Assembly (NCBI GenBank): GCA_963675595.2 | Contig: CAXXLZ010000002.1 | Location: 2,656,001-2,720,000, forward strand | Length of the DNA: 64,000 bases | Source: Thermodesulfobacteriota bacterium | GTDB taxonomy: Bacteria > Desulfobacterota > Desulfarculia > JACQYL01 | Direction: 5' to 3' | Part shown: piece after piece, positions 1 to 9,395 of the stretch | Layout of the letters: every line of letters starts with the position of its first letter | How positions within the stretch are numbered: position 1 is the first letter of the stretch | Position numbers and translations under genes: made by a program | Notes under the pieces: generated by a model | Databases searched by the model: none | What the model was told of the DNA's origin: nothing | What the model saw: the letters and a program-made list of their open reading frames with translations, nothing else

Positions 1-1767
1 CGTCGGGGCTCTTTGATCGACGTCCTTGATCACACGGCAACCGCTATGGGCGCTCGGCTGCTGCGTGAGTGGATTTGCCGTCCCTTATTAAAGGCGCGTC
101 CTATTCTTGAGCGTCTGGATGCCGTCGAGGAACTGGCCGAAGGGATCGCTCTTCGCGAAACCGTTATCGACCTTCTCAAGAAAGTCTATGATCTCGAAAG
201 GCTCAACGCCAGGGTCGCTTTGGCCCGTGCGCACCCCAGAGACCTACTTGCACTCAGAGACTCGTTTCAGTCACTCCCCGCTCTCCAAGAGTACCTGCTT
301 GAGTTTCATTCGAGCCTTCTGAAGCGTATTTCTACTTCTTTGGACACTTTGGACGATCTGGGGGAAATGATCGCAAAGACCATTCGGGACGACGCGCCCA
401 TTTCTCTCGCCGAGGGGGGGGTTATACGAAAAGGGGTTGATCCTGAGTTGGACCGCTATCTGGACGCCACCAGAAACAACAAGGAATGGATCGCCGCCTT
501 GGAGGCCAGGGAAAAAGCGGCTACCGGAATCCCGAGCTTGAAGGTGGGTTACAATAAGGTCTTCGGTTACTACATCGAGATCACCCGCGCCCACTTCGAC
601 AAAGTTCCCCCTGAATACATTCGTAAACAAACCTTGGTCAACGCCGAACGTTTCATTACGGAGGAGTTGAAGGATCGTGAAACCATCATCTTAGAAGCGC
701 GTGAAAAACAGACCCGTTTGGAGCACGATCTTTTCGTCTCCCTTCGCGAAAGTTTAGCCGTCCATAGCAGCCGCATCCGGTCTACCGCAGAGCTGCTGGC
801 CCGGCTGGACGTGCTTGCTTCCCTGGCTCACGCCGCCCAACTCAACGGATACGTGAAACCTCGAATTTTGGACACCGGAGAAATTTCCATACGCGAGGGA
901 CGCCACCCCGTAGTGGAGAAGTCCTTGCCGCCCGGGGAATTCGTCCCCAACGACATGCGTCTTGATATGGACGGCGATCAGATTCTGGTGGTCACCGGTC
1001 CCAATATGGCAGGCAAATCCACGATCCTCAGGCAGACCGCTCTCATCACTTTGATGGCCCAAATCGGGTCTTTCGTTCCCGCGTTGGAAGCCGAGATCGG
1101 GCTGGTCGATCGGATATTTACCAGAATCGGCGCCTCCGACGATCTGTTCCGCGGTTACAGCACCTTTATGATCGAGATGGTGGAGACGGCTACCATTGTC
1201 CACCAGTCTACTCCTCGAAGCCTGGTTATTCTCGACGAAATCGGTCGCGGCACGAGCACCGTAGACGGGTTGAGCATCGCTTGGGCGGTGGTGGAATATC
1301 TCCATAACCGTCGAGGCCGTGGCGTAAAGACCCTGTTCGCAACCCACTACCACGAGCTTACCGGTCTTTCCCGGCTTCTTCCACGCGTGAAGAATTTCAA
1401 CATCGCTGTCAAGGAATGGCAGGGAAACGTTCTCTTTCTGAGAAAGCTGGTGCGCGGAGGCGCAAGCCACAGCTACGGAATCGAGGTGGCTCGCCTTGCG
1501 GGCCTTCCCCGTTCCATAATAGATCGGTCGAGGGAGATTCTGGGGGAGTTGGAATCGTGTGGGCTACCCGAGTTGAGCGGGCTTCTTCCGGGCAAGACTC
1601 GAAGGTCCGCAGGCTCACGCTCCCGGCAGGTTCCCTTTGAGTTCCTGGAGAAGGAACCCGGCCCGCTGGAAAAGCGGCTGGACGAGTTGAACCCGGATAT
1701 GCTCAGCCCGAGGGAAGCCATGCACGTTCTTTATGAGTTGAAGCAGTTGTTGGGGAAAACGCCCTGA
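1..1767 (+). CDS. mutS: DNA mismatch repair protein MutS (5'-truncated by the window edge)
   Basis: Walker A TGPNMAGKST, DEIGRGTST, FATHYHEL and SYGIEVARLAG motifs. The frame is open from the window start. Confidence 0.97.
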   Translation, partial: RRGSLIDVLDHTATAMGARLLREWICRPLLKARPILERLDAVEELAEGIALRETVIDLLKKVYDLERLNARVALARAHPRDLLALRDSFQSLPALQEYLLEFHSSLLKRISTSLDTLDDLGEMIAKTIRDDAPISLAEGGVIRKGVDPELDRYLDATRNNKEWIAALEAREKAATGIPSLKVGYNKVFGYYIEITRAHFDKVPPEYIRKQTLVNAERFITEELKDRETIILEAREKQTRLEHDLFVSLRESLAVHSSRIRSTAELLARLDVLASLAHAAQLNGYVKPRILDTGEISIREGRHPVVEKSLPPGEFVPNDMRLDMDGDQILVVTGPNMAGKSTILRQTALITLMAQIGSFVPALEAEIGLVDRIFTRIGASDDLFRGYSTFMIEMVETATIVHQSTPRSLVILDEIGRGTSTVDGLSIAWAVVEYLHNRRGRGVKTLFATHYHELTGLSRLLPRVKNFNIAVKEWQGNVLFLRKLVRGGASHSYGIEVARLAGLPRSIIDRSREILGELESCGLPELSGLLPGKTRRSAGSRSRQVPFEFLEKEPGPLEKRLDELNPDMLSPREAMHVLYELKQLLGKTP

Positions 1768-1952
1768 GACGCCGCCTTTGTCCTTTGTAGACCCGAATGC
1801 CCCTTTCTTCAACAGGAGTTTAAGAGATAGCCAGCCATAATTGCGAATTTGATTGTAAATTCAGTGCATTATAGCAGTTCCACTGTAAGACCCCTCTACT
1901 ATTCGTCTCCGACCATTATCGTCTATAAAATTCCAGTAGTTACATTGTTTGA

Positions 1953-1981
1953 TTGACAGTGTACGACCCTACTGCTATTAT
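1953..1981 (+). promoter_or_regulatory. sigma70 promoter of the IS1634 transposase (probably leaderless mRNA)
   Basis: TTGACA-17 nt-TATTAT. The ATG at 1988 lies 6 nt after the -10 box and has no Shine-Dalgarno. Confidence 0.7.
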
Positions 1982-1987
1982 TCGGGC

Positions 1988-3712
1988 ATGGCTCATTTGC
2001 ATAAGAAGATGAAAAAGGGACGACCCTACTACTACATTCGAGAGATGGCTCGGGTCGAAGGCAAACCCAAGGTCGTCAACCAAGTCTATTTGGGTAGCCC
2101 TGAGCGGATTCTGGAAATGGCGGCGGGAGGCGGGGCCGGGTTAAGCAAAATTCAAGCACAGGAATTCGGGGCGTTATGGCTGGCCGAACTCATCGACCGG
2201 GAAGCCTGCTTCGCGGATATCGTGGACTCGGTGGTTCCCGAAGGAAAAAGAGAGGACGGACCTTCCGTCGGCGAGTATTTCTTGTATGCGGTTTTCAATC
2301 GAATGATCGATTCCCGCTCCAAGCGGGCTTTGGAATCGTGGTTTAAAGACACGGCCATCCAGGCGATCCGACCTGTGGACGTGGGGGAACTCACCTCCCA
2401 GCGATTTTGGGAAAAGTGGGATCGGGTAACACCGGAGCACATCGAGGAGATCGCGGCCCGGTTCTTCCGGAAGGTTCAGGAGATCGAGCCCGCGGATTCG
2501 GATTGCTTTCTGTTCGATACCACCAACTACTACACCTTCATGAGCAGCGATACCCCATCCGAACTGGCCCGGCGAGGAAAAAACAAGGACGGCCGCGACT
2601 GGCTACGTCAAGTCGGCATCGCCCTTCTGGTGTCAAGAGATACCCAGATGCCGCTTTTCTACAAAGCCTACGAAGGCAACCGTCACGACTCCAAAGTGTT
2701 TCACCGGACCCTGGAGGAAATCCGGGCTTGCATGCAAAGTACAAAAGGGACCGGTGCTCACCTGACCCTCGTTTTCGACAAGGGAATGAACTCCGAAGCC
2801 AATATCGCCCGCATCGACGCCCATGAGAACCTCCATTTCATTACCACCTATTCCACCTACTTCGCAGAGGACCTTGCCCAGGTTGATCGATCCCGGTTTG
2901 AACCGGTGGAGACCGCTAAGAATCAAGAGCTGAAGAAACTGGGCCGGGAGGAAGATATTCTGACGGCCTGGCGAACTACGGGAGAACTTTGGGGACGACT
3001 GCGAACCGTCGTGGTGACTCATAATCCGAGAACCGCCGCCAAGCAGAGGTACTCCTTCGAAAGAAAGATGCTCCAGATCCAAGAGGAACTCTATCTCATG
3101 CGGGTTAAGGTCAGGGAGCAGGCGCCCCACTGGAAAAATCCCAAGCAAGTCCGGGAACGCTACATGGATCGCTGCAAGGAATTGCATCTCCCCGACGACC
3201 TCTACGATTTGACTTTTGAAATGGATCAAGGACGGACCCGCATGGGTTTCCGCAAGAACTTCTATCGGATCGGAAGATACATTAACCGATTCGGAAAGAA
3301 CATCATCGTAACGGATAACGGGGATTGGAGTACGGATGAGATTGTACGGGCCTGCCTGGATCGATACAAAGTGGAAAAAGCATTTCGGCAAACCAAGGAC
3401 CACGACCTGGTTTCCCTCTTTCCGATCCGTCATTGGACGGATGGAAAAATCCGGTGCCATATCCTGACCTGCGTTGTCGCGCTCACCTACCTTCGAATTA
3501 TTGAACTCCGAGTGCGACGCGCCGGACTGAATCTCACAGCCTCAACCGTCATGCAGCAGATGCAAAGACTCCACTCCTGCCTCTGCTTCAGTCCGGCAAA
3601 ACGAAAACCCCTCCGCATGATCGAACAACCGAACGACATCCAGGCCCAAATCCTGCACGCCTTCGGTTTCCAGATGAACGACGGTGGGGTCTTACAAACT
3701 TTCAGAACGTAA
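1988..3712 (+). CDS. IS1634-family DDE transposase
   Basis: N-terminal KKGRPYYY, FDTTNYY, VFDKGMNS, VEKAFRQTK and HWTDGKIRCH motifs. Lies between the IRs. Confidence 0.93.
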   Translation: MAHLHKKMKKGRPYYYIREMARVEGKPKVVNQVYLGSPERILEMAAGGGAGLSKIQAQEFGALWLAELIDREACFADIVDSVVPEGKREDGPSVGEYFLYAVFNRMIDSRSKRALESWFKDTAIQAIRPVDVGELTSQRFWEKWDRVTPEHIEEIAARFFRKVQEIEPADSDCFLFDTTNYYTFMSSDTPSELARRGKNKDGRDWLRQVGIALLVSRDTQMPLFYKAYEGNRHDSKVFHRTLEEIRACMQSTKGTGAHLTLVFDKGMNSEANIARIDAHENLHFITTYSTYFAEDLAQVDRSRFEPVETAKNQELKKLGREEDILTAWRTTGELWGRLRTVVVTHNPRTAAKQRYSFERKMLQIQEELYLMRVKVREQAPHWKNPKQVRERYMDRCKELHLPDDLYDLTFEMDQGRTRMGFRKNFYRIGRYINRFGKNIIVTDNGDWSTDEIVRACLDRYKVEKAFRQTKDHDLVSLFPIRHWTDGKIRCHILTCVVALTYLRIIELRVRRAGLNLTASTVMQQMQRLHSCLCFSPAKRKPLRMIEQPNDIQAQILHAFGFQMNDGGVLQTFRT

Positions 3713-3841
3713 CTTACTGCTTTTACAGCCCTTATAGACTATTCTGCCCAGGTAACTCTTAAACTCCTGTTCAATAACGGTACCCCCGCGCTTTGCATTC
3801 ATGTGCGGCAAGTATCGATAAGACCGGCGCACAAAATGAAT

Positions 3842-3867
3842 GGGGAGACCGTATTCACGGTCTCCCC
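3842..3867 (-). terminator. Hairpin downstream of hdrB (probable operon terminator)
   Basis: 11-bp stem GGGGAGACCGT/ACGGTCTCCCC with a 4-nt loop, about 55 nt past the hdrB stop. Confidence 0.6.
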
Positions 3868-3921
3868 AAGCTTGAGCAATTCTCGGAAGGTGATTTGATC
3901 CACCTGCTCTTGGGCAGGTAA

Positions 3922-4797
3922 TTAGGCGGCGGATTTCAACACGGCGTCCGTAGAGATCAAATTCCGGTCGAGGGCGGCGTCCTTGTTGGGATCCAAACCA
4001 AACGCCACCGCCAGGAGCTGGGTAATGAAGGTCACCGGGATATTGTAGTTCCGGCCCAAAGCCTTGTTCGCACGAGGCTGGTAGGCTTCCAGGTTCAGCT
4101 GGCACAAGGGGCATGCCGTGGTCATCACTTGAGCGCCTTTTTTAGTGGCGCTTTCAAGGATGGCACCGATGAGTTCGTAACCGTACTCCAACTCCGTAAG
4201 AAAGATCCCCGAGCCGCAGCACTTGATCTTATGCGAGAAGTCTACCGGAGTGGCGCCGATCGCCTCGAGTATTCGATCCATAACCACGGGACGTTCCACG
4301 CTGTCGTATTCGCCGTAGGGGCGCACGGTCTGACATCCCACGTATCCGCCCACCTTTATGCCTTTCAGCGGCTTCTTGACCTTCTTCTTGATCTCTTCCA
4401 CACCGATATCGTAGTAGAGCACGTCCAAAATATGGCGAACACGGACCGTGCCCTTGTAGGAGAGATTTCCTTCCTTCAGAATCTCGTTGACCTGCTCCAT
4501 CAAGTCCGGGTCTTCTTTCAGTTCACGGTTCACCTGATTCTGAACAATGTAGCATGAGGAACAGGGGGCCACGATGTCGTATCCGCCTTGTGCCTCGGCG
4601 AGCGCCAAGTTGCGGGCGTTGAGCACCACCTGAGCCAGATGATTCGAACCGATGTACGCGATGCTCGCGCCGCAGCAGTTCCAGTCTTCGATTTCCTTGA
4701 ACTCCATGCCCAATGCCTTGGCCGTGGACTCGACGGAGATCATATAATTAGACGCGCTGCTCTCCAGGCTGCACCCCGAATACAGAAAATACTTCAT
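3922..4797 (-). CDS. hdrB: Heterodisulfide reductase subunit B-like (two CCG domains)
   Basis: YSGCS...WNCCGA...APCSSC and YVGCQ...KCCGS...ACPLC CCG motifs. Start overlaps the hdrC stop (ATGA). Confidence 0.93.
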   Translation of the reverse strand: MKYFLYSGCSLESSASNYMISVESTAKALGMEFKEIEDWNCCGASIAYIGSNHLAQVVLNARNLALAEAQGGYDIVAPCSSCYIVQNQVNRELKEDPDLMEQVNEILKEGNLSYKGTVRVRHILDVLYYDIGVEEIKKKVKKPLKGIKVGGYVGCQTVRPYGEYDSVERPVVMDRILEAIGATPVDFSHKIKCCGSGIFLTELEYGYELIGAILESATKKGAQVMTTACPLCQLNLEAYQPRANKALGRNYNIPVTFITQLLAVAFGLDPNKDAALDRNLISTDAVLKSAA

Positions 4798-5408
4798 TTC
4801 GTTTGCCCTCCCTTCTCCATGGCCTCGGCCTTCTTGAGCATCTTCTGGAGGGAAGCGATATCCTTGATCTTCTTACCCTGCATGCCCGGGATCACGCCCA
4901 TTACGTTCATGCGTTTGTGCTTCAGCATTCCGAGGGCGATATCTTTCATCTCTATGCCCTTTTTCGCCCCCGCGACGAAGCCCGAGGAGAGATAGTAGTT
5001 CCTCGCGGCCACGCCTTCGTCCACTCGGCCCGTGTTGAAGATGCAATCCCAGAAGGCCTTGCCGAACTTGGCCGTGTCCTCTCTCGGAACGAATCCATTG
5101 CGCAGGGCGTAGTGAGCCAGACCGTGCATCACTTCCATCACCGGGACTTTGCGCGGGCATCTCACGATGCACGTATAGCAGGACGTGCAGAGCATGATAT
5201 CCTTGCTGCTCAGCACCTTGTCCCGTTCACCTGCCCGGATCATGGTGAAAATCTTGCGGGGTGAAAACTCCATTTTGTCCGCCAGGGGACAGGAAGCGGC
5301 GCACACACCGCACTGCATGCATTTCTTGATTTCCTCTCCCGCGTCCACCTTGGCGAAGACTTCCCTGGCAAAGGAGGGATCGTATTTAGACTTTGACGTT
5401 GCTGCCAT
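4794..5408 (-). CDS. hdrC: Heterodisulfide reductase subunit C-like 2x[4Fe-4S] protein
   Basis: CMQCGVCAASCP and CTSCYTCIVRCP motifs. No transmembrane cytochrome b part. Confidence 0.9.
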   Translation of the reverse strand: MAATSKSKYDPSFAREVFAKVDAGEEIKKCMQCGVCAASCPLADKMEFSPRKIFTMIRAGERDKVLSSKDIMLCTSCYTCIVRCPRKVPVMEVMHGLAHYALRNGFVPREDTAKFGKAFWDCIFNTGRVDEGVAARNYYLSSGFVAGAKKGIEMKDIALGMLKHKRMNVMGVIPGMQGKKIKDIASLQKMLKKAEAMEKGGQTK

Positions 5409-5593
5409 ATTGGAACCTTCCGTATGGTTTTGCCGGAACATGCCTTCCGGTTGGTGTGACAGCCGCTGAAGCCGGCGTCCACGGTTTCCATAGGAGCGGC
5501 TTCAAGGGATCGCCCGGTGAATCCGGGTAGCCGAGCTTCGGCTTCGGTGACTGCGAACAACGGGAGGGTGTCTCCCACCCTCCCGTTGATTTC

Positions 5594-7816
5594 TTACCAG
5601 CCTTTGTATGGGTTGGGACCGATTTCTTCAATGGTCTCCATGAATTCCCCGATGATTTCCGGCACTTTATGGTAGTCCGTAATCGAAACCTCCGTTACCC
5701 TCACCCGATCCGATTCCAGGGAGAGGCGGTCCAGGGTCTCCGATACCTTGGAAAGTCGAGTTGTCGCCAACTCGCTTCCTTTGACGAAGTGACACTGGTA
5801 ATCGTCGCCGTGTCGACAACCGAGAAGAATGATACCGTCGATGCCTCGCGACAAGGCGTCGGCGATCCACACCAGGTTGAGCCCGCCCAGGCACCGCATG
5901 GGCAGCACTCGAACGTAGGGGCTGTATTGTAGACGGTTGATGCCCGCCATGTCCAGCGCAGGGTACGCATCGTTCTCGCACACAAGCATCAGCACTCTGG
6001 GCTTTTCCTCATCTTCCTCCGGAATGTGGAGTGCCTTGATCATGTTCCCGATCATGCCCACCGAGTAATTCTTGAAGGAGATGATTCGTTCGGGGCACGC
6101 TCCCATGCACACACCGCAACGTCGGCAGCGCGTGGGATTGGGCAGCGGGTTGCCCTTCTCGTCTTCGTTGATGGCGCCGAAAGGACACTCTTCCGTACAT
6201 CGCTTGCACTGAGTACAGCGCTGCATGAAGAACTCGGGGAAGGTCATATCCCCGACCCTCGGATGAACCGCGGAACCGGTGGCCGTGGATTCCACACACT
6301 GAATGGCCTTCAACATGGCTCCGGCGGCGTCGTCTTTCGATTGAGCGGTATCCATGGGGCGTCGGACGGGTCCGGCCGCGTAAATACCGGTCCGTCGGGT
6401 TTCATAAGGAAAACACACAAAGTGCGAATCCGGGAAGCCGTATTTCAAAGTGGGCATTTCCGGACCCTGGCGATAATTGAGTTTCAATGCCGGCAAGGCG
6501 TAGTGCCCCGAATCCGGCTGCACTTCCTTCACCGTAACCGTGCCGTCGTCGGCCTTGGTCTCGATGGTGGGAGCCACATCGGGCTGAGAACTGGGAACCA
6601 TACCGGTGGCCAGAACCACAAGGTCGAGCTCGTCGAGCTTCACCTTATCATTGAGCAGCACGTCCATGGCCTCGATGGCAAGGGCGCTGCCCTCTTCAGC
6701 CACGTTCTCCACTTCGCCTCGGATGAACACGGCGCCGTCGCGTTGCACCTTGCGGTACAAGTCTTCGGCCTGCATGGGCGTACGGATGTCTTTGTAAACA
6801 ACGTAGACCTGCGATTCCGGGTCCTGTTCCTTGACGTAGCAAGCCTGTTTCATCGTGGCCAGACAGCACACGGCGGAGCAGTAGGGCAGTCTTTCGGGGT
6901 CCCTTGATCCGGCGCACTGAATGAAGCCGACCTTTTTCACCGGACCGCCGTCCGAGGGACGTACGATCTTGCCGGCTTTGGCCATCTCTTCCATCTGGAT
7001 GTTCGTGACCACGTTCTTGAACTTGCCATAACCGAGATGTTCCAGATTGGCCGGATCGTAGGGCCGCCATCCGGTGGCCATCACCACCGCGCCCACTTTT
7101 TCCTGTGCGGAATTCCCATTGGCCGCTATGTCCACCGTGAACAGGCCGGGAGCTCCGGCGGTCTTGCCGACGGTGGCGGAAGTGTAAACCTTGATCTTGT
7201 CGTTTCCGTTCACTTCGTCGATCAGGGGAGCGACCGAAGGTTCATGAATCTCGTTGAACGGAGGAAAGAACTGTTTGTGGAACTTGGCGGCCCAACCGCC
7301 CAACTCGGCTTCCTTTTCCACCAACACGACTTCATAGCCGGCTTTGGCTCCTTCCAGGGCCGCAGTCAAACCGGCGACACCGCCGCCCACCACCATGATG
7401 CGCTTGCTGATTTCCTCTTCCGGCTTGTAGGGAGTCGGCAGTTCGGCAATCGAAGCCTTGACGATCCCCATCCGCATATAGTCTTCAGCCATCATCTGGG
7501 TGTCTTCTTCCCCGGCGGGCTGAACCCATGCAACGCCTTCCCGCAGATTCACCCGTTCCACCAGTGTTCCGGGAAAGTCGAACACATCGTAAAGCACTCG
7601 GGGCGAACAAGCGCATAACACCGCGGCGTTGATTCCTTCGCCCTTGATGTCGGCCTTGATCTGTTCCACGCCCTCCTTGCTGCAAAGAACGGGAATATCC
7701 TTAAAAAGGTCCGGGGGACTATCGAGCTCGTCCGCAGCTTCGGAAAGCTTGTCGATATCCAGCGCGTCTCCTATCCCACAGCCCTTGCACACATATACGC
7801 CGATTTTCTTGCTCAT
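5594..7816 (-). CDS. qmoB: QmoB (HdrA-like FAD/FeS protein with C-terminal MvhD domain)
   Basis: GGGVAG FAD motif, QCAGSRD...CSAVCC, two ferredoxin motifs, and MvhD-like CENDAYP...GC..GDDYQCHF. Downstream of aprBA-qmoA. Confidence 0.95.
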   Translation of the reverse strand: MSKKIGVYVCKGCGIGDALDIDKLSEAADELDSPPDLFKDIPVLCSKEGVEQIKADIKGEGINAAVLCACSPRVLYDVFDFPGTLVERVNLREGVAWVQPAGEEDTQMMAEDYMRMGIVKASIAELPTPYKPEEEISKRIMVVGGGVAGLTAALEGAKAGYEVVLVEKEAELGGWAAKFHKQFFPPFNEIHEPSVAPLIDEVNGNDKIKVYTSATVGKTAGAPGLFTVDIAANGNSAQEKVGAVVMATGWRPYDPANLEHLGYGKFKNVVTNIQMEEMAKAGKIVRPSDGGPVKKVGFIQCAGSRDPERLPYCSAVCCLATMKQACYVKEQDPESQVYVVYKDIRTPMQAEDLYRKVQRDGAVFIRGEVENVAEEGSALAIEAMDVLLNDKVKLDELDLVVLATGMVPSSQPDVAPTIETKADDGTVTVKEVQPDSGHYALPALKLNYRQGPEMPTLKYGFPDSHFVCFPYETRRTGIYAAGPVRRPMDTAQSKDDAAGAMLKAIQCVESTATGSAVHPRVGDMTFPEFFMQRCTQCKRCTEECPFGAINEDEKGNPLPNPTRCRRCGVCMGACPERIISFKNYSVGMIGNMIKALHIPEEDEEKPRVLMLVCENDAYPALDMAGINRLQYSPYVRVLPMRCLGGLNLVWIADALSRGIDGIILLGCRHGDDYQCHFVKGSELATTRLSKVSETLDRLSLESDRVRVTEVSITDYHKVPEIIGEFMETIEEIGPNPYKGW

Positions 7817-7820
7817 CGAC

Positions 7821-9092
7821 TTACCTCCTCCCTACGGATTGAATCGCCTTGAGAGCCGCCGCCGTGCCGTCCTGAACCGTTCCGGAAACGTCGAAGGGTT
7901 TCCGAACGCAACCGGCCCCGTACACGCCGATTACACTCTGCTCGGGGGCGATGAATCCATAATCGTCATACTTCAGTTCATCGACGGGCACTTTGGTTTC
8001 CAGAGTATTGGGCTGCATACCCGTGGCCAGGACAACCAAATCGGCATCCGCCTTGATCTTCTTGCCGCTCATGGTGTCTTCACCAATGAGAACCAGGTTG
8101 CCGGTGGCCTCGTCTTCCGTAATCTGGGCGATCTTGGACTTCACGAACTGTACTTTTTCATCCTCTTTGATCTTCGTATAGAAGTCCTCATACCTGTGAG
8201 GCGTGCGGATGTCGATAAAGTAGATGGTAATGGTCGCGTCGGGATATTGCTCACGAACGTAGGTGACCTGTTTGAGAGAGGCCATGCAGCAGATACCCGA
8301 ACAGAAGGCGAGGTGGTTTTCATCCCTGGAACCGGCGCACTGGATGAACGCTACATTGCTCACTTCCTTCCCGTCGGAGGGTCGGACGATCTTGCCGCAG
8401 GTGGGGCCGCTTTGGTTGGCCAGCCGTTCCATCATCACGTTGGAAATGACATTCTTATAGACGCCGAAGCCGTAGTATTCCACCTTGGCGGCATCATAAG
8501 GGGTCCATCCGGTCGCCCACACGATGGATGCGGCTTTCAGATCGAAAGTCTTGGCTTCCATCGAGAGATCCACCGCGCCGTATTGGCAGGCGGCCTCGGC
8601 CTTTTTTCCATCAGGGCCCTGCGCGACTTCCGGCGCGATGACGTAGCGCATGGGGTATGCCAGGTCGTGAGGAAGATAAGCACCCTTGATGTTGTTCATG
8701 TTGTAGTTGAACGGATTGGGAATCTCCGTCTCAACAGCTTCCGCGCAGGCGCCGCAGGCGGTGCAATTCTCGTTGACGTAGCGCGGATTCAACTGAATGG
8801 TCACGTCGTAGTTTCCCGGGCCTCCGGAAACACTCTGCACTTCCGCCATGGTGAAAAACCGAATTCTCGGATTGGTCTTCATTCGTCTGAAGTTGATTTC
8901 CAACCCGCAATAAGGCGGACAAAGTTTCGGGAAGTAGTTGGTGAGCTGAGCGACGCGGCCGCCCAAGTAGGGGTTCTTCTCCACCAGGACGACATCATGG
9001 CCCGTCTCCGCGGCTTCGAGTGCCGCGGACATCCCGCTCATGCCACCGCCCACCACCAGGATGGTCTGGGTTACAGCCTTTTCATCAGACAT
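7821..9092 (-). CDS. qmoA: QmoA (HdrA-like)
   Basis: GGGMSG FAD motif, YFPKLCPPYCG and QCAGSRD...CSGICC. Position after aprA. Confidence 0.95.
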   Translation of the reverse strand: MSDEKAVTQTILVVGGGMSGMSAALEAAETGHDVVLVEKNPYLGGRVAQLTNYFPKLCPPYCGLEINFRRMKTNPRIRFFTMAEVQSVSGGPGNYDVTIQLNPRYVNENCTACGACAEAVETEIPNPFNYNMNNIKGAYLPHDLAYPMRYVIAPEVAQGPDGKKAEAACQYGAVDLSMEAKTFDLKAASIVWATGWTPYDAAKVEYYGFGVYKNVISNVMMERLANQSGPTCGKIVRPSDGKEVSNVAFIQCAGSRDENHLAFCSGICCMASLKQVTYVREQYPDATITIYFIDIRTPHRYEDFYTKIKEDEKVQFVKSKIAQITEDEATGNLVLIGEDTMSGKKIKADADLVVLATGMQPNTLETKVPVDELKYDDYGFIAPEQSVIGVYGAGCVRKPFDVSGTVQDGTAAALKAIQSVGRR

Positions 9093-9342
9093 ACGAATCC
9101 TCCACCGTTTATGTTCTCGATTTCGGGGAACGTCCTGTATCTTCGAGATCGCTGCCGACTAAATGGAAGCAGGAGCGTAATCCGTGAATGACCGCCCCGC
9201 GAAGGCATTCGCCGGCGGCGGACGCGGAGTGGAAATTCACCGACCACGCTTCGACTTTCAGGCAGGAACCCCGCAATGGATCGGAGGGTTCCAACACAAC
9301 AGAAACGGCGGGCGGGACGTCGTGGCTCAATGGCGGAAACGA

Positions 9343-9376
9343 TAAAACTCCAGACGCCGCCAAGGGCGTCTGGAGT
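9343..9376 (-). terminator. Intrinsic terminator/attenuator between aprA and qmoA
   Basis: 12-bp stem ACTCCAGACGCC/GGCGTCTGGAGT followed by a short T run on the minus strand. Confidence 0.65.
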
Positions 9377-9395
9377 GATTTGAATCAGCTCGGAA

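Larger units (their letters stand above)
1813..3769 (+). mobile_element. IS1634-family insertion sequence, apparently intact (1957 bp)
   Basis: Perfect 14-bp terminal IRs CAGGAGTTTAAGAG (1813-1826) / CTCTTAAACTCCTG (3756-3769). 5-bp target duplication TTCAA (1808-1812, 3770-3774). Confidence 0.93.

Noticed and set aside
7629-9191. Long antisense ORFs (e.g. 7629-9191, 13043-14152, 14272-15597, 21689-22909, 47419-49032, 63110-63982)
   Set aside because: These are shadow ORFs opposite well-supported genes, expected from GC-rich codon bias.
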